DNA from: Eledone cirrhosa
Taxonomy: Eukaryota
DNA: 64,000 bases
Assembly: GCA_964016885.1 (NCBI GenBank)
Contig: OZ024749.1
Coordinates: 53,010,001-53,074,000 of the forward strand
Direction: 5' to 3'
This document shows positions 27,261 through 41,085 of this stretch, in pieces; within the stretch, counting starts at the first letter, position 1; the number at the start of each line of letters is the position of its first letter. A program made the position numbers and the translations under genes. The notes under the pieces are model-generated. The model was not told the origin of the DNA. It saw nothing but the letters and a program-made list of their open reading frames with translations, and ran no database searches.

Positions 27261-27462
27261 CCCTTTACCATTTCCATTCCTCTATATTTACTATTGTATT
27301 TTCGCAGTAAAGGCTTTACCTCACATAATATCAAATCTTCGAGATGATATTTATTTTGAGAACAATACCTGAACATTGGTACGAGTGGCTGGTTACAGCT
27401 GGTTTGATCAAAAAGAGGTGAGAGAATTCTGGCCGGATATGGTAGGTTTAAATGCTAAAGGT
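27261..27462 (+). mobile_element. piggyBac-type TTAA MITE, family A
   Basis: Same termini and body as the 26001 copy. Confidence 0.75.
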
Positions 27463-27793
27463 TTAAAACTGTTTAGATATAGCATTAGAGTTCCAATGTT
27501 GCCAAGGTTGATAAAGTACCAGTGATGTTCAGGGCTCAATTCAAGCAACTATTTCCTGCAAATGTTCTACCTTGCACCAACGTTAAGATTCATTTGTCAT
27601 TAGAAAATAATACAGAAAGTTTAATTTAAAAAAAAAAAAAAAACAGCAGAAAAATGAGAGTAAGTTGGTATGAGAGAGTAAATTTGAAAGTGAAAGAGTT
27701 GGTATATTTTATGGTGATTAAGTTTCATTAGAGTTGAAGTGGGTTTTGTCTAGAGTCTAACGAATGACATTCAGACACACGACAATTAGAGAG

Positions 27794-27824
<31 letters not shown>

Positions 27825-28349
27825 CACAGGAACGGTTAAGTAAATTGTTTTGATCAATCCTTACTCTTAGAGTACATTAAACTGTAAATAAGGATGGGGA
27901 GTTCTAAATATAGATTGAACTGGCAAAGTTCGTTAAGTTTGCCAAAACGAGGGGTTAGGAAGACCCTTCAGTTTGTGTTAAAAGACAACTTCTTTGCACT
28001 CGATAGAATGTATGACCGTATGTAAGCAGGAAACAGACCCCCTTGACCTGTCTGGGAGGTCAGTAACCCTGCTTCAGTACTGACTTGGTCTATGTAGACC
28101 CGTCCAACCCTTACTAACAGGGAAAACAGACCTATGATGATGAAGATGATGATGATGGTGAGACAGAAGTCCTAATACCCTTAATAACTGAGCTTCAGAT
28201 ACTCTTTTCTCTTTCTTTTATTTTTTTTTCAAATAGTAACCTAGTGCTTTACTACTAACTACAAGAATGAAGAAATGTCTTTGAGTGCTGCCTAACTGAG
28301 GCTAATATTAAGAACGTGAACAAACTTGCTTCTTTATACCAATACTAAC

Positions 28350-28395
28350 CTGGGTAGTCATATTGATATGACGAGCCTTTCGAACTCGATGACAT
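28350..28395 (-). CDS. Scm: Scm-like probable first coding exon (exon 28350..28421)
   Basis: ttcag|...acaacaATG TCA: MSSSSKGSSYQYDYP G|gttagt, phase matches the next exon. The frame stays open to the acceptor, so an upstream start is not excluded. Confidence 0.7.
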
Positions 28396-28754
28396 TGTTG
28401 TTTCCTCACAGTTGTAAGCAACTGAAAAGCAGGATTAGGAAAACTTGGGTAAAAAAAATATCACAAAACGTTCCTTAGAAAATAAAATTAACTTTAAATT
28501 ATTATTATTTTAATAGTTTTTGATTGAAGAGAGCGAAAAATAAGAGTATATAGACTTATTTGTAGTGTTTTTAGTGAGTTTACTTGTTTACTTAAGTCTA
28601 AACAAGGACATTTTGAAATTATGGGCAATTACCCTCCTTCCACTCCCATGAAATTCCTAGCTTTTGTCCACACCATAAGTTTTTATATTTAAGTAATCCC
28701 TGCCCCTATGTTGCTCTATAGTTCTTCAAGATGAACACGATCAAGAATGGTCTA

Positions 28755-29015
28755 GGTTAAACCTGGGCTCAATAGGGTGTTGGTTAAACCTGGGGCTCAA
28801 TAGGGTGTTGGTTAAACCTGGGGCTCAGTAGTGTCTTGGTTAAACCTGGGTTCAATGCGGTCTTTGTTAAACCTGAGTTCAATACGGTCTTGGTTAAACC
28901 TGGGCTCAATAGGGACTTGATTAAACCTGGGTTCAATACGGTCTTGGTTAAACCTGGGTTCAATACAGTCTTGGTTAAACCTAGACTTAATGTGGTCTTG
29001 GTTAAATCTAGACTT
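28755..29015. repeat. 27-bp tandem repeat, about 9-10 copies
   Basis: Unit ttggttaaacctgggttcaatacggtc. Confidence 0.88.
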
Positions 29016-29309
29016 AAGGTTTTGTTTGTTCTTTTTTCTTTTGCATTAAGGCAGTGAAGAATCATTAATCTTTAGCACGCTAGTAATTTTTACGAGTTGT
29101 TTCCCTTGACACTGCATTATTTATTAAGGAGAGATTACTCTTATGGCACCGTGTGAAGGTTAAGGTATCAGATGAAAAATGTCGTGGTAGTATTTGTTCA
29201 GTTCCTCCCAGTTGATTTCGTAAGAGGTTGATGGTTCTTCTGGGCAGGTTGTTGGTCCTCTAGAATAATCAGATGAAGGGTTGCCATCTTGGAAGCGAGC
29301 CGACGTGTT

Positions 29310-29437
29310 GTGGATCACCTTTGGTCTGGAACATCCCTGTGAGAGCGCTCCGTCTAGGGTGGTCCCTACCTGGAGCAGAGCTCCAGATGAGAACGTCAGA
29401 TTTTATGGAACACACAAGGCCCCTCGCCAGACGAAAG
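29310..29437 (-). mobile_element. RTE/BovB-like 5'UTR remnant
   Basis: Minus strand ctttcgtctggcgaggggccttgtgtgttcc...ggtagggaccaccctagacgg...ttccagaccaaaggtgatcc resembles RTE-clade 5' leaders (from memory, not searched). Confidence 0.45.
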
Positions 29438-29690
29438 AAGAGTTGTATTTAGTTGTGTTTAGATCTGAAGTTTTTTTATCTTTCATTTGGCCAAAAAAAA
29501 AAAAAAAAAAACTTAAAATATTTTGAAGCATTCAACCTAAATTTCATTTCTTTATTTCAAAGGTGAGGAGCGTTACCTCTGTCTGTACTCAAGAATTTCT
29601 TGAAAAACATGCAATGTTTTCAAAGTGTTTATGTGTAAATTTGCAAGTATATAGTGTTATGTAATTGTTTGCTGTTTTGTATCATTTACA

Positions 29691-29721
<31 letters not shown>

Positions 29722-29779
29722 GTGGGTATCTATTCAGTAACATTTATGTTCCTCTGTTGTACATGGGAGTGTAGATGTT

Positions 29780-29814
<35 letters not shown>

Positions 29815-30116
29815 TCTAGCTATACATATATGATGCTTGCAATTGTAAAAAAAAAAAAAATAAATAAACATTCTAAAACAAATTTTAAAATTATAAAAAT
29901 AAAAATTACAAAAATATAAGCAATTTTAAAGTGATATAAAGACAAATTATTACAATTCTTTTCAATGTTTTCATTTTCCTGTTTTAAATGTTGAAATTAA
30001 TTTAAACAGTTTATGTAGATATAATAAAAATAGCAGGCAACATAAATGAACTTAAATCTATTAAAACTAAAAGGTTGTTATCTTCATCTAAACAGCATGC
30101 TTTAATAAGATCTTAA

Positions 30117-30288
30117 CCCTTTAGCATTTATATTACTCTATATATATACATGGTAAAGACTTTATCTCACATAATATCGAATCTATGAGATTTTGATGTT
30201 ATTTATTTTGTGAAGAATACCTAATATCAGTATGAGTTACAGCCAGTTTGAATAGGAAGAGGTGAGCTAAATGCTAAATGCTAAAGGG
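30117..30288 (+). mobile_element. piggyBac-type TTAA MITE, family A
   Basis: TTAA|CCCTTTAGCATTTA...TAAATGCTAAAGGG|TTAA. Confidence 0.8.
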
Positions 30289-30634
30289 TTAATGGAATCT
30301 ATTATTTAAATATCTGATGACAAAAAAAATTAAAATTGAAAAAAAAAAAAAAAAAAAAAAGTTTTCAGTGTTCTGTGTAAAAAGAATATCAAAACAGTAT
30401 GGTTGAAATAATAATTTTAAAAATCAATAATGTTTTAATGTAAAAAAACATTCTAACATCTCGAGTTTATTGTTTCTAATGGCAACTCCAATGTTAAGAT
30501 TTCAAATTTCATATAATAAAAAAAAAAAAAATGAAAAGTTTGAATAATAATGGTTTCTGATTTAGACACAGCCAACAATTTTCATTAAATCGACCCCCAG
30601 TGCGTTACTGGTACTTTATTTTATCGACCCTGTA

Positions 30635-30838
30635 AAATCTGTCCAGCAATTCTTTCCCCGAGACATTTTAACCACATGTAATAGAGCTGTGATCTCTCAA
30701 TTCGGAGAAGTAGCAGCTCTATTTGGAGTGACTCTGATCTCCGAGCTACGCACTCTATTGGGTAATATTACTCCAAGGACCCTTTGGAGGAACCTCACTT
30801 TAACTGCTTGTATTCACAATCATATTCTTTCGGTTATC
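30635..30838 (-). mobile_element. decayed RTE-clade RT C-terminal fragment
   Basis: Minus strand TERI..IQAVKVRFLQRVLGVILPNRVRSSEIR...HVVKM. Confidence 0.6.
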
Positions 30839-30943
30839 AAAAGCAATGGAGAATATAGGGATGATTAAATACGTCATGGCTTGTGTTTTATATTTGTAGA
30901 TGAAAGTGAAACAAAAACCCCTCAATTCCATTAACATATAATA

Positions 30944-31127
30944 TGTTTCTACTTTTGGCACAAGGCCAGTAATTATCCCAGTGTATTACTGGTACTTTAT
31001 TGTATCGACCCCGTAAGGATGAAAAGCAAAGTTAACCTCAGCGGGATTTGGACTCAGATCATAAAGGGCCGTAACTCTTTGTTGCAAAGCATGGCGTCCG
31101 ACCCTCTACCGATACTGCCAATCCACC
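30944..31127 (-). mobile_element. tRNA-derived SINE, family 1
   Basis: A/B boxes and core. Confidence 0.8.
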
Positions 31128-31399
31128 ATTCTTCTGATTGTTACGCTTGTAACAACCTTAACTATGAAATGAAACCAAATTCAACAGCTTCAATAATGAA
31201 ATAACATAAAAATCCTAATCAAATGAAATCTTTAAGGTAATGAAACAAGGATTTGAAGATATAAATTTATGTATCAAAATAAAAATAAGAACATATATAA
31301 AATGTAGAATTTCCATGGATACCACTAGTTAGCGCAAATAGTCTGAGAAAAAGCAGAATATTGGTACAGCATTAAATAGTCCATCATGACCATGTGGCT

Positions 31400-31710
31400 A
31401 TTCTTAAGTCTAAAGTTTGTTTCGAGCTTCGAGGCTCATCAGGCCAGTTCTTATCCCGGTGTTTGTGGTATTAAGTGACAGAGTACCCCCCCCCCCCCCC
31501 CCCACACACACACCGGAGAAGATGCTAGTCCATTGCAGGGTTAAACCCTCCAACTACTGCTGTTGGTACTCATTTTCAGCTGAGTATACTGGAGCACCGT
31601 GAAATGAAGTGTTTTGCTCAAGAACACAACACACAACCTAGTCCAGGAATCGAACCCACGGTTTATGATCTTAAGTCCAACACCCTTACCACTAGGCCGC
31701 ATGCCTCCAC
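31400..31710 (-). mobile_element. tRNA-derived SINE, family 2 (CORE-like domain)
   Basis: Minus strand ggcctagtggtaaggg...ggttcgattcc...tgtgttcttgagcaaaacacttcatttcac. Related copies at 42264 and 55326. Confidence 0.7.
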
Positions 31711-32914
31711 ATGTGGCTATTAACCACTAATAGATCTTTCGAGAATATATTTAGGTAATTATTTTGCTATTATTACACATGTCTCTGGGACAGGTGTTAT
31801 GGGGTACTCAGGTAAGGGAACAACAAAAAAGTAGTACTTTACAATGAATTAAAACAGGTGTGATGATAAAAATTTACCAAAATTTAAATACAAGAGATAA
31901 AGGGACGATAAAGTCAATGAGTCACTGTGGTGTCACATGAAGACAGGTGTGGTTTTTTTTTCAGGTAAGTCAGCAGCATCACATGAAACCTTCCAACATT
32001 TGTGTGCCTGGAAAGGAATAGGGTAATCGATTGCTTGATGATGGTTGAGGGGTTCTCGCACATGGCTATGTCAGCAATCCCTTTACCTCGCACAGCACTA
32101 ACATGACTAGTGTTAGTCCTGTATGTGTATTTAGAGAGAAGCATGTGTTGTAGTTTTCATATTCACAGCAAGGTTTTACTGACTGATTTCTGTGCTGAAA
32201 AGGACCAGTCAAACCCATACAAGAGTAGAACGGACATGATGAAAGTAAGCAGGGTTTGCAAATATTCAGTAGATTTAAACGGCATGGAAGTGGACGAAGA
32301 ACAGGATCTGTGAAACCCATACAAGAGAGGAACAACGGACATAATGATGATGATGATAAGTAATGTTAGCAAATATTCAGAAGATTTAAATAGTATGGAA
32401 GTGGTTGAAGAAATAATAGATGGCATACATCAGTGGACCAACTGAATTGAAGATCTGTCACGGACGGCTTTATTTGGAAATAGTTTAGAAATGTCAGAAT
32501 GTTGTTTAATATCTTCTCCACACCAGACATATCAATAATATAGTTTCATTCTTAACATCCTGTAATGATTTAGCAGGAAATGTATTTACATTAAAAACAA
32601 AACGTAAAAAAAAAAAAAAAAAAAATGTTGACAAAAAGCATCCAGCACACACTGTAAATGTAGTTGGCATTAGGAAGGGCATCCAGCTGTAGAAACCAAG
32701 CCAAAAATCAACCCTGGGTGAACGAAACATGGTCCTCTGACCCTTCTTTCCCTACCCATGCTAGTGTGGAAAATGGACGTTAAACGATGATGATGATTAT
32801 ATATATATATATATATATAGCAATATATGGAAAAGGAAAACAGTGCTCAATTGAGAAGAGAGATTTTGTTCCATGTATGAACACAAATAATATATACCGT
32901 GACCTCTGGCATCA

Positions 32915-33303
32915 CTCTAATGGCGATGACACACGACCGTGACCTCTGGCGTCACACAGTAATACAGAAGACCCAACTTTCCATGGGTACAAGCCGAAGC
33001 TGAAGCATATAGACAATATGCCCCCAATCTCTCCCACTGCAAAGTGGTCGTGGAGGTGCCACGGCAAAAAAGCACCCAGCGCACACTGTAAAGTGGACGT
33101 GTAGGTGCCACGGCAAAAAGCACCCAGCACTCACTAAATGAGGTTGGTGTTAGGAAGGGCATCCAACTAGAAATCAAGCCAGAATCAGTTCCCGTATGAG
33201 CAAGACAAGGTCAGCCGACTAGACACTGCCCACAACAGGACAACTCGTCTAACCCATGCTAGTGTGGAAGAACGGACGCAAAACGATGATGATGATGATG
33301 ATA
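32915..33303 (+). mobile_element. RTE-related SINE/LINE 3' end with (GAT)n tail
   Basis: Near-identical to 12283-12615. Confidence 0.75.
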
Positions 33304-33558
33304 TATATATATATATATATAGTTATATATATATATATATATAGTTATATATATACACATACACAGTTATATATATATATACACATACAGTTATATATAT
33401 ATATATATACATAGTTATATATATATATATATATATACATACAGTTATATATATATATACAGTTATATATATATATATATATATATATACAGTTATATAT
33501 ATATATACAGTTATATATATATATATATATATATATACAGTTATATATATATATACAG

Positions 33559-33594
<36 letters not shown>

Positions 33595-33692
33595 TTATAT
33601 ATATATATATATACAGTTATATATATATATATATACAGTTATATATATATATATATATATATACAGTTATATATATATATATATATATACAG

Positions 33693-33726
<34 letters not shown>

Positions 33727-33864
33727 TTATATATATATATATATACAGTTATATATATATACAGTTATATATATATATATACAGCTATATATATATATAT
33801 ACAGCTATATATATATATATACAGCTATATATATATATATACAGCTATATATATATATATACAG

Positions 33865-33949
<85 letters not shown>

Positions 33950-33957
33950 TATACAGC

Positions 33958-33989
<32 letters not shown>

Positions 33990-34038
33990 TATACAGCTAT
34001 ATATATATATATATATATAGCTATATATATATATATAG

Positions 34039-34087
<49 letters not shown>

Positions 34088-34120
34088 TATACAGCTATAT
34101 ATATATATATATATATATAG

Positions 34121-34157
<37 letters not shown>

Positions 34158-34220
34158 TATACAGCTATATATATATATATATATAGTTATATACAGCTAT
34201 ATATATATATATATATATAG

Positions 34221-34259
<39 letters not shown>

Positions 34260-34552
34260 TATACAGCTATATATATATATATAGTTATATACAGCTATAT
34301 ATATATATATAGTTATATACAGCTATATATATATATATATACATATATACAGCTATATATACATATATATATATATATACAGTTATATACAGCTATATAT
34401 ATATATATATATACACAGTTATATACAGCTATATATATATATATATATATACAGTTATATACAGCTATATATATATATATATATACAGCTATATATATAT
34501 ATACAGTTATATACAGCGATATATATATATATATATATACAGTTATATACAG

Positions 34553-34586
<34 letters not shown>

Positions 34587-35016
34587 TTATATATATATAT
34601 ATATACAGTTATATATATATATATATATACAGCTATATATATATTCAGTTATATACATAGCTATATATATAGTTATATACATAGCTATATATATAGTTAT
34701 ATACATAGCTATATATATAGTTATATACAGCTATATATACAGCTATATATACAGTTATATACAGTTATATATGTAGTTATATACAGCTATATATATATAT
34801 ATATATATATATACAGTTATATATATATATATAGTTATATACAATTATATATACATATAGTTATATACAGATATATATATAGTTATATACAGATATATAT
34901 ATATATAGTTAAATACAGCTATATATATATATATATATATATAGTTATGTATGTATATTAAGCTCTGTTACCCACATAGATCACTCTTTTTTACTGGACT
35001 TTTCCGACGGAATTAC

Positions 35017-35063
<47 letters not shown>

Positions 35064-35070
35064 TTATATA
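33301..35070. repeat. ~1.75-kb compound (TA)n microsatellite punctuated by CAGT/CAGC
   Basis: Direct inspection. Confidence 0.97.
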
Positions 35071-35388
35071 CACACACAGGCAAACTGTATGCAAAGTTTC
35101 TGAAATTAGCTGTGTTTATATATACAGCACCTTTTCTTCTTGACACACTTGTTGCTACACACACACAAACAAACATGCATATATATATATAGACACACAC
35201 ATACATGTATACATACACACAGAAGGATAAAAGGTAAAGGTTACCTTAGCAGGATTTGAACTCAGCACGTAAAGGGACGTAACTATACGCGTCAAAGCAT
35301 GGCAGCCGACCCTCTACCAATACTGCCAATCCACTGCCCCTAATGATAATAATAACAATAATAATGATAACATTTGCTCCACACTTAC

Positions 35389-35494
35389 CCCGACGCCTCA
35401 TGTTTCATCCTATAGAGGTCTAAGACATCACAAAATCTTTTAACAGTCCCTGAAGTACTGTAGCAGATATTCCTCCACATCAGGCAATAATCTT
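35389..35494 (-). other. probable 5'UTR exon of the Scm-like gene
   Basis: Strong acceptor ttctttttccctctag| and donor GGG|gtaagt around 106 nt of unique sequence. Confidence 0.55.
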
Positions 35495-35640
35495 CTAGAG
35501 GGAAAAAGAACAAAAAAAAAAAGAACAATAATAATAATTGTACGCCCTAGGGCCAGACTTTCATGTATATATATATATTAGGTATTTCCGAAAAAAGCAA
35601 AGGAAAAAAAAGAGTTCTCTATGTATAGAACAGAGCTATT

Positions 35641-35770
35641 TAATTAGAAAGTGACAACTACTCCATTACCAAAGGTTTCAGGAAGATCTAGACATATGTT
35701 AATATTGTCTAAGGCCCTGAAACCTTTGATAATGGAGTTGTTATATATTGTGTTGTCCACTTTCTAATTA
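35641..35770. mobile_element. imperfect fold-back element with a hammerhead-like 3' half
   Basis: taattagaaagtg...ctccattaccaaaggtttcagg / cctgaaacctttgataatggag...cactttctaatta. The left arm reads GAAAC-CTTTG-GTA on the minus strand. Confidence 0.5.
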
Positions 35771-36120
35771 AATATATATATATATAAAACGTTCCCGTTA
35801 TAAAGCTGGAATCTGGAATATAACATAAAGGTTCTTGCGTAAAATTAATATTGGAAAGTCTTTAGATAAATATAAGCACTTGAAAATAAACACTTTAGTA
35901 TTGCAGAACCCGGGTGGTTTCGGGCAGTTTAGTAGCAAAAGGGTGAACAAGACTAACGAGGAAGAAAATGAAAAGAATGTAGAAAAAACAAAACAAATGA
36001 CATTGTTTTACGAAAGACATTAGCGACACAAAGTAATATGGTTCTAATTAGCTAATTAAAATCTGGTCGTTGTACTTAGATATAAACAATTATAAGAACA
36101 CACAATATATTAATAAAAAC

Positions 36121-36151
<31 letters not shown>

Positions 36152-36817
36152 GATAATAAATGGATGGATAACGGTTAAATTAATTTAATAATTGAGTACA
36201 ATTCAAAAATTATTCAGCACGTATCTTGATGAGATTAAATTTCATTGCTATGTCGACATTTCTAAGCTGGCATGGGTTGGTTGGGACTTTTTTGAGGCAA
36301 TCGTTTACAGCCGGATACCCTTCCTCACACTAAACCTTCTTATGACCCATTCAGGTTTAGATAGGGCGTACCTTTTCTAAACAGGAGGGCACATTTATCT
36401 ATTCAAAATAATACCAACTCTACTGCCAGAGGTTCCTTATTTAGAAATTCCAACAGAGTACCCCTAGAATTTAATTTAAAAAAAAAAAATGAAATTTATT
36501 AACAGATGTTGCCGCTAAAACTAATTTATATAAGACGGAATATATTAAACCAAATATTTATTTCAATGAGATTTTCTATAACGTATATGTTTATAGCAAC
36601 AAAAATAAACCCAGTTCACTTTTAAAAAAGATTAGCATTGATAGTAAAACCATTTATTTAAAAACCAGTCACAACAGGAAGAATAAAAAAAATATTTTTA
36701 CGACAAGCACCATTAAAATTTAAGCATAAATTCTTTTCATCAACCATGAAAATTAAAAACAACAACAATAACGCATTGAAATAATAGCAATTGTATTTGA
36801 GAAATAACAATAATAAT

Positions 36818-37447
36818 AATTGTTTCTACCGCACAAGGCCAGCAATTCGTAGAGGGAGGGGCAAGTCAATTAAATTGACCCAGTGCGTGTGTGTTGTTAC
36901 AGGTACTTTATTTTATCGACCCCCGTAAGGCAAAGTTAACCTCGGCGGGATTTGAACTAATAATAAAATATAATGGTTTATGATTTAGACACAAGGACAG
37001 TAATTTGAAGGGGAGGGGAAGTCAATTAAGTCGAAACAGTGCATTACTGGTACTTTATTTTATCGACCCTGTAAGGATTAAAGATACAGCTTACCTCGGC
37101 GAGATTTGAACGAAAAATAATAATAATGATAATAATTATTATTATAATTGTTTCTACTTTAGGCACAAGGCCAGCAATTTTGGGGGATTGGAAAGTCGAT
37201 TAAATCGACACCAGTGCGTTACTGGTACTTTATTTCATCGACCCCGTATGGATGAAAGGCAAAGGTAACCTAGGGGGGATTTGAACTCAGAATGTAAAGG
37301 GCCGTATTATAATAATAATTGTTTCTACTTTTGGCACAAGGCCAGCAATTACCCAGTGCATTACTGGTACTTTATTTTATCGACCCCGTAAGGATGAAAG
37401 GCAAAGTTAACCTCGGCGGGATTTGAACTCAGAATGGCAAGGGCCAG
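36818..37447 (-). mobile_element. cluster of four tandem family-1 SINE fragments
   Basis: Four core repeats separated by (AAT)n. Confidence 0.8.
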
Positions 37448-37804
37448 CAATGATTACAAAGCCAGTAAAATGTCAGAAAGACCTGTTAAGTAGGCTAGAA
37501 ACGTGTAGAGGAATGTGAAGGATTATTTGAGAGGAGACAGCAAATAGAAGTTAGGACTAAAATAAGACGAGGTTACAACACACCATGTGCTCTATTTAAC
37601 TGGTACATCTTATGGGGTTTTTTAAACAGCGAAATAGTCTCATTTGTTGCAATTAAATTATATATAATTAAATGGAGACACTACTTCAGAATAATAATTA
37701 CGGAGTTACTGAGTAGGTATCTTAATTAAAGTTAATTTAGATCAGGAATTCCGAATGAAAAAGAAATCAAAATATATTCAACAACCCTATAAACTGCTTC
37801 ATCT

Positions 37805-37835
<31 letters not shown>

Positions 37836-38044
37836 AAGAATTTATTATACACGATCGTTGAGTATGTATATTAGAATGTGTGTTTAAATTACAGTAGGAT
37901 TTAAAAGATTCAAAATATTAACAGAGTGAGTACTCAATATCCGTGGGTAGAGTGTAAATTCTATTTTTTATTTTTTAAGTAGAAAAATGGGAGTGACTTC
38001 GAAGTTTCAATTTGGCCATTTTCATACACACACATATATACATA

Positions 38045-38668
38045 CAGGTGATCCTTTATTTGTCAATATATATATATATATATATATAAATGACGTATAC
38101 AGGACTAGAACTGTTTCGTATTTTATGTGTGTGTACATCAGTAAAGACAGCACGATATTTTCTTAAATCTAAATGTTGACGTGTTAAAAGCCACAGAAAA
38201 CCAAAACCGAACAGAATCATATAAAGAGAATTCTAGAAAGAGAAATAAAATGATTAAGTTCATTGATTAAAAGAGAGGATGCTGGCCAAAAATAGAAGAA
38301 AGGAAAAATAGATACAATAAAGGACATATTGGTTAAGAGTGGAGTCGCTGTGAACGATGGAATCATGTCCAACATAGTTTTCATCGATCAAGCTTTGCTT
38401 CATGTTGAAATATTTTTGAAGCACAAACAGAAAAACACACAGATACACAGACAGACACACACACACTTGGCACCAAACACAGATACACGAACAGAAACAC
38501 ACACACTTGGCTTGTCTTGTCAGACAGACACCACACAAGCATACACGGCTTGTCTTGCCAGACACACACACACAGATACACACATACTTGGCACCAAACA
38601 CACAGATACAGGGCTTGTCTTACCAGACAGACACCACAGACATACAAGGCTTGTCTTGCCAGACACAC

Positions 38669-38714
<46 letters not shown>

Positions 38715-38919
38715 CATATATTCAAATTAACTTTGTTTTCACTGTTAATGTTTAACAATATTTGATGGCTTTTGTTTAAATTCAAGTTTATTTTATGACA
38801 TTGATTGACTTGAAGGTGTGTGTGTGTGTGGGGGAAAGAAACAATGTGTTGTGTGTGTATATATATATATACACACACACATATATATATATAGTATGTA
38901 ACAAATAAAGGATCACCTG
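38045..38919. mobile_element. 19-bp perfect inverted-repeat pair, probable Tc1/mariner-type non-autonomous element
   Basis: ta|CAGGTGATCCTTTATTTGT (38045) ... ACAAATAAAGGATCACCTG (38919). Confidence 0.5.
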
Positions 38920-39154
38920 TGTATATATATATATATGTATTGTATGTATAAATATTGTTTGTGTATATATATATATATATAAACATTAAATAAATTTATA
39001 TAGAGACATATATATACATACACATTACTTTAGACAATGTCATTACGATGTTTATAGACCAAAGTAGACGAAGAAAACAATTTAAATTCATGTAAGCAAT
39101 AGTTTCTACATCACAGAATAACCACATTATATACACACTACGTAATGTTAAAGT

Positions 39155-39575
39155 GTGGGCTGAGAAGTTCATAGGCTGACCAAGATTCTCTCATGGAATG
39201 ACCAAATGTGGTTTATTTTTTTTTTTCAACATAGTCCCTGGAAAGAAACAATGCAGTTATTATAAATAAGAACGGTTGAAATTTAATGCATGTAAGATTT
39301 CAGAGCACTAGCATCACTCCTTCATGATCAGCCTCCTAAGAACATTTCAGAGTGGGTGTGTGCGCGGAGTTTACACACACGTTTATATATATATATAATA
39401 TATATATAGTACATATATATATATATATATAGTATATATATATATAGTATATATATATATATATATATAGTATATATATATATATATACACACATATATG
39501 TTAAAAAATGTAATCTAGACTTTCACAGCCCTAGCATCACACCTTCATAGTCAGCCTATAAACATTTCAGCCCAC
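39155..39575. mobile_element. mariner-type MITE remnants
   Basis: gtgggctgagaagttcataggctgac ... gtcagcctataaacatttcagcccac. A related end lies at about 4585-4720. Confidence 0.55.
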
Positions 39576-39814
39576 CCCACCCTCTCGTACCATAGTGTGG
39601 GTGTGATCGCGGGGTTACATATATATATATATAAATACACACACGTACACACATATATATATATACATACATATATATATATATATAAAATGTTAAAACA
39701 TGTAATTCCGTCGTAGTAGAAAAACACAAAACAATAAACATGATCTATATACAAAATATATAAATATAAAAAAATATATATACATATATAAATAGATATA
39801 TATATATAATTTAC

Positions 39815-40060
39815 CTGCAGTTTGCTTTTTTTTGGCAATGAATTTCCCGTTTGTTTGATAGTGCGGGCTGTATAATTAGATTGCCCGAAACACTATCAAA
39901 TAAATAACTACTACGGAGAAAGTTGATTTAACAGCAACATTATAGAAATGACGCCATGATTAAAGCCCAAGTCTCGCGAGAACTCTTACCACACGAATCT
40001 CTGTTCGGTTATTCACAATATTCCGCCCTCAACCGGAATTCCGTTTTGCGCAACACTATT
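39815..40060 (-). promoter_or_regulatory. probable Scm first (non-coding) exon and CpG-enriched promoter
   Basis: Minus-strand donor CAG|gtaa at 39815/39814, local CpG enrichment, TCTCGCGAGA palindrome at 39972-39981, CGCCAT (YY1-like) near 39952 and CCGGAA (ETS-like) near 40033. Confidence 0.6.
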
Positions 40061-40584
40061 TCGTCGTTTTCTTTCCTTCTAATTAAAGAACTAATGGTAA
40101 TTATTATTATTATAAAAAGAAATAATTATTGTACATAATTATAGCATTTTAAAAAAAATTATTCTTTCTTAGTCATTATTAATATTATATTTGTTATCAT
40201 CATCATCATCATCATCATCACCACCACCACCACCCATCATCATCATAATCGTCTTCTTCTTCTTCTTAACTTTACCTCTCATCCTCAAGGGGGAGGGGTC
40301 GGTAAAATAAAGTACCAGTAAGGCACTGGTTCGATTTATTCGACTTTCTTCTCCCCCAAAATTGCTGGCCTTGTGCCTAAATGAGAAACCATTATTATTA
40401 TGGTTGTTTTTTAAAATTATTTTTCATTGAATAATATTCAATATTAAAATTAGTATTGAACTTTCCATGTTGTGTTAGTACAATCCATATTGGTGAAGTA
40501 TTGACCCCCTCCCCCCAACAATAAAACAAGTTAAGAACATTTAATAAAACAACTAAATGAAAAAAGAAAAGAAAAAGAAAATAA

Positions 40585-40769
40585 TAATTGTTTCTACTTT
40601 AGGCACAAGGCCAGCAATTACCTCAGTGCATTACTGGTACTTTATTTTATCGACCCTGTAAGGATGAAAGGCAAAGTTAACCTCGGCGGGATTTGAACTC
40701 AGACCGTAAAGGGACGTAACTATGCTAGAAAGCATGGCGTCCGACCCTCTACCGATACTGCCAAGCCAC
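40585..40769 (-). mobile_element. tRNA-derived SINE, family 1
   Basis: A/B boxes and core. An oppositely oriented partial copy lies at about 40295-40395. Confidence 0.8.
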
Positions 40770-40899
40770 ACAGGGAAGACAATAAAAACGGTACAGGACG
40801 GTGCATTGTGGGGGTTTTGTGTAAGAAAAAAGTTGATAACAAATACTAAAAAATTAAGCATGAAAAATAACAAACATAACAAATTCTCTCCACTGTGGA

Positions 40900-41085
40900 G
40901 AAAGGTGAAAAAATGCCACGGTCATCCTGATCGTTATGGAAAGAGCTTGGCTGGTCTCACTTGAGGATCCAGCCCGATCAGTTGGAGATAGTTGCTTCTG
41001 ACAGGACCCGCTGGAAGGAGTGTTTCAAGACTGACCCCACCACGAACGTCCCAGGAATAACTGGATGATGAAGAAGAAGAAGATG
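40900..41085 (+). mobile_element. decayed RTE-clade 3' end
   Basis: ELGWSHLRIQPDQLEIVASDRTRWKECF followed by a (GAT/GAA)n tail. Confidence 0.55.

Noticed and set aside
40860-40905. MKNNKHNKFSPL as eIF4E2 exon 1 (resembles MNNKFDAL)
   Set aside because: No convincing phase-2 donor, and it runs into an RTE 3' fragment.
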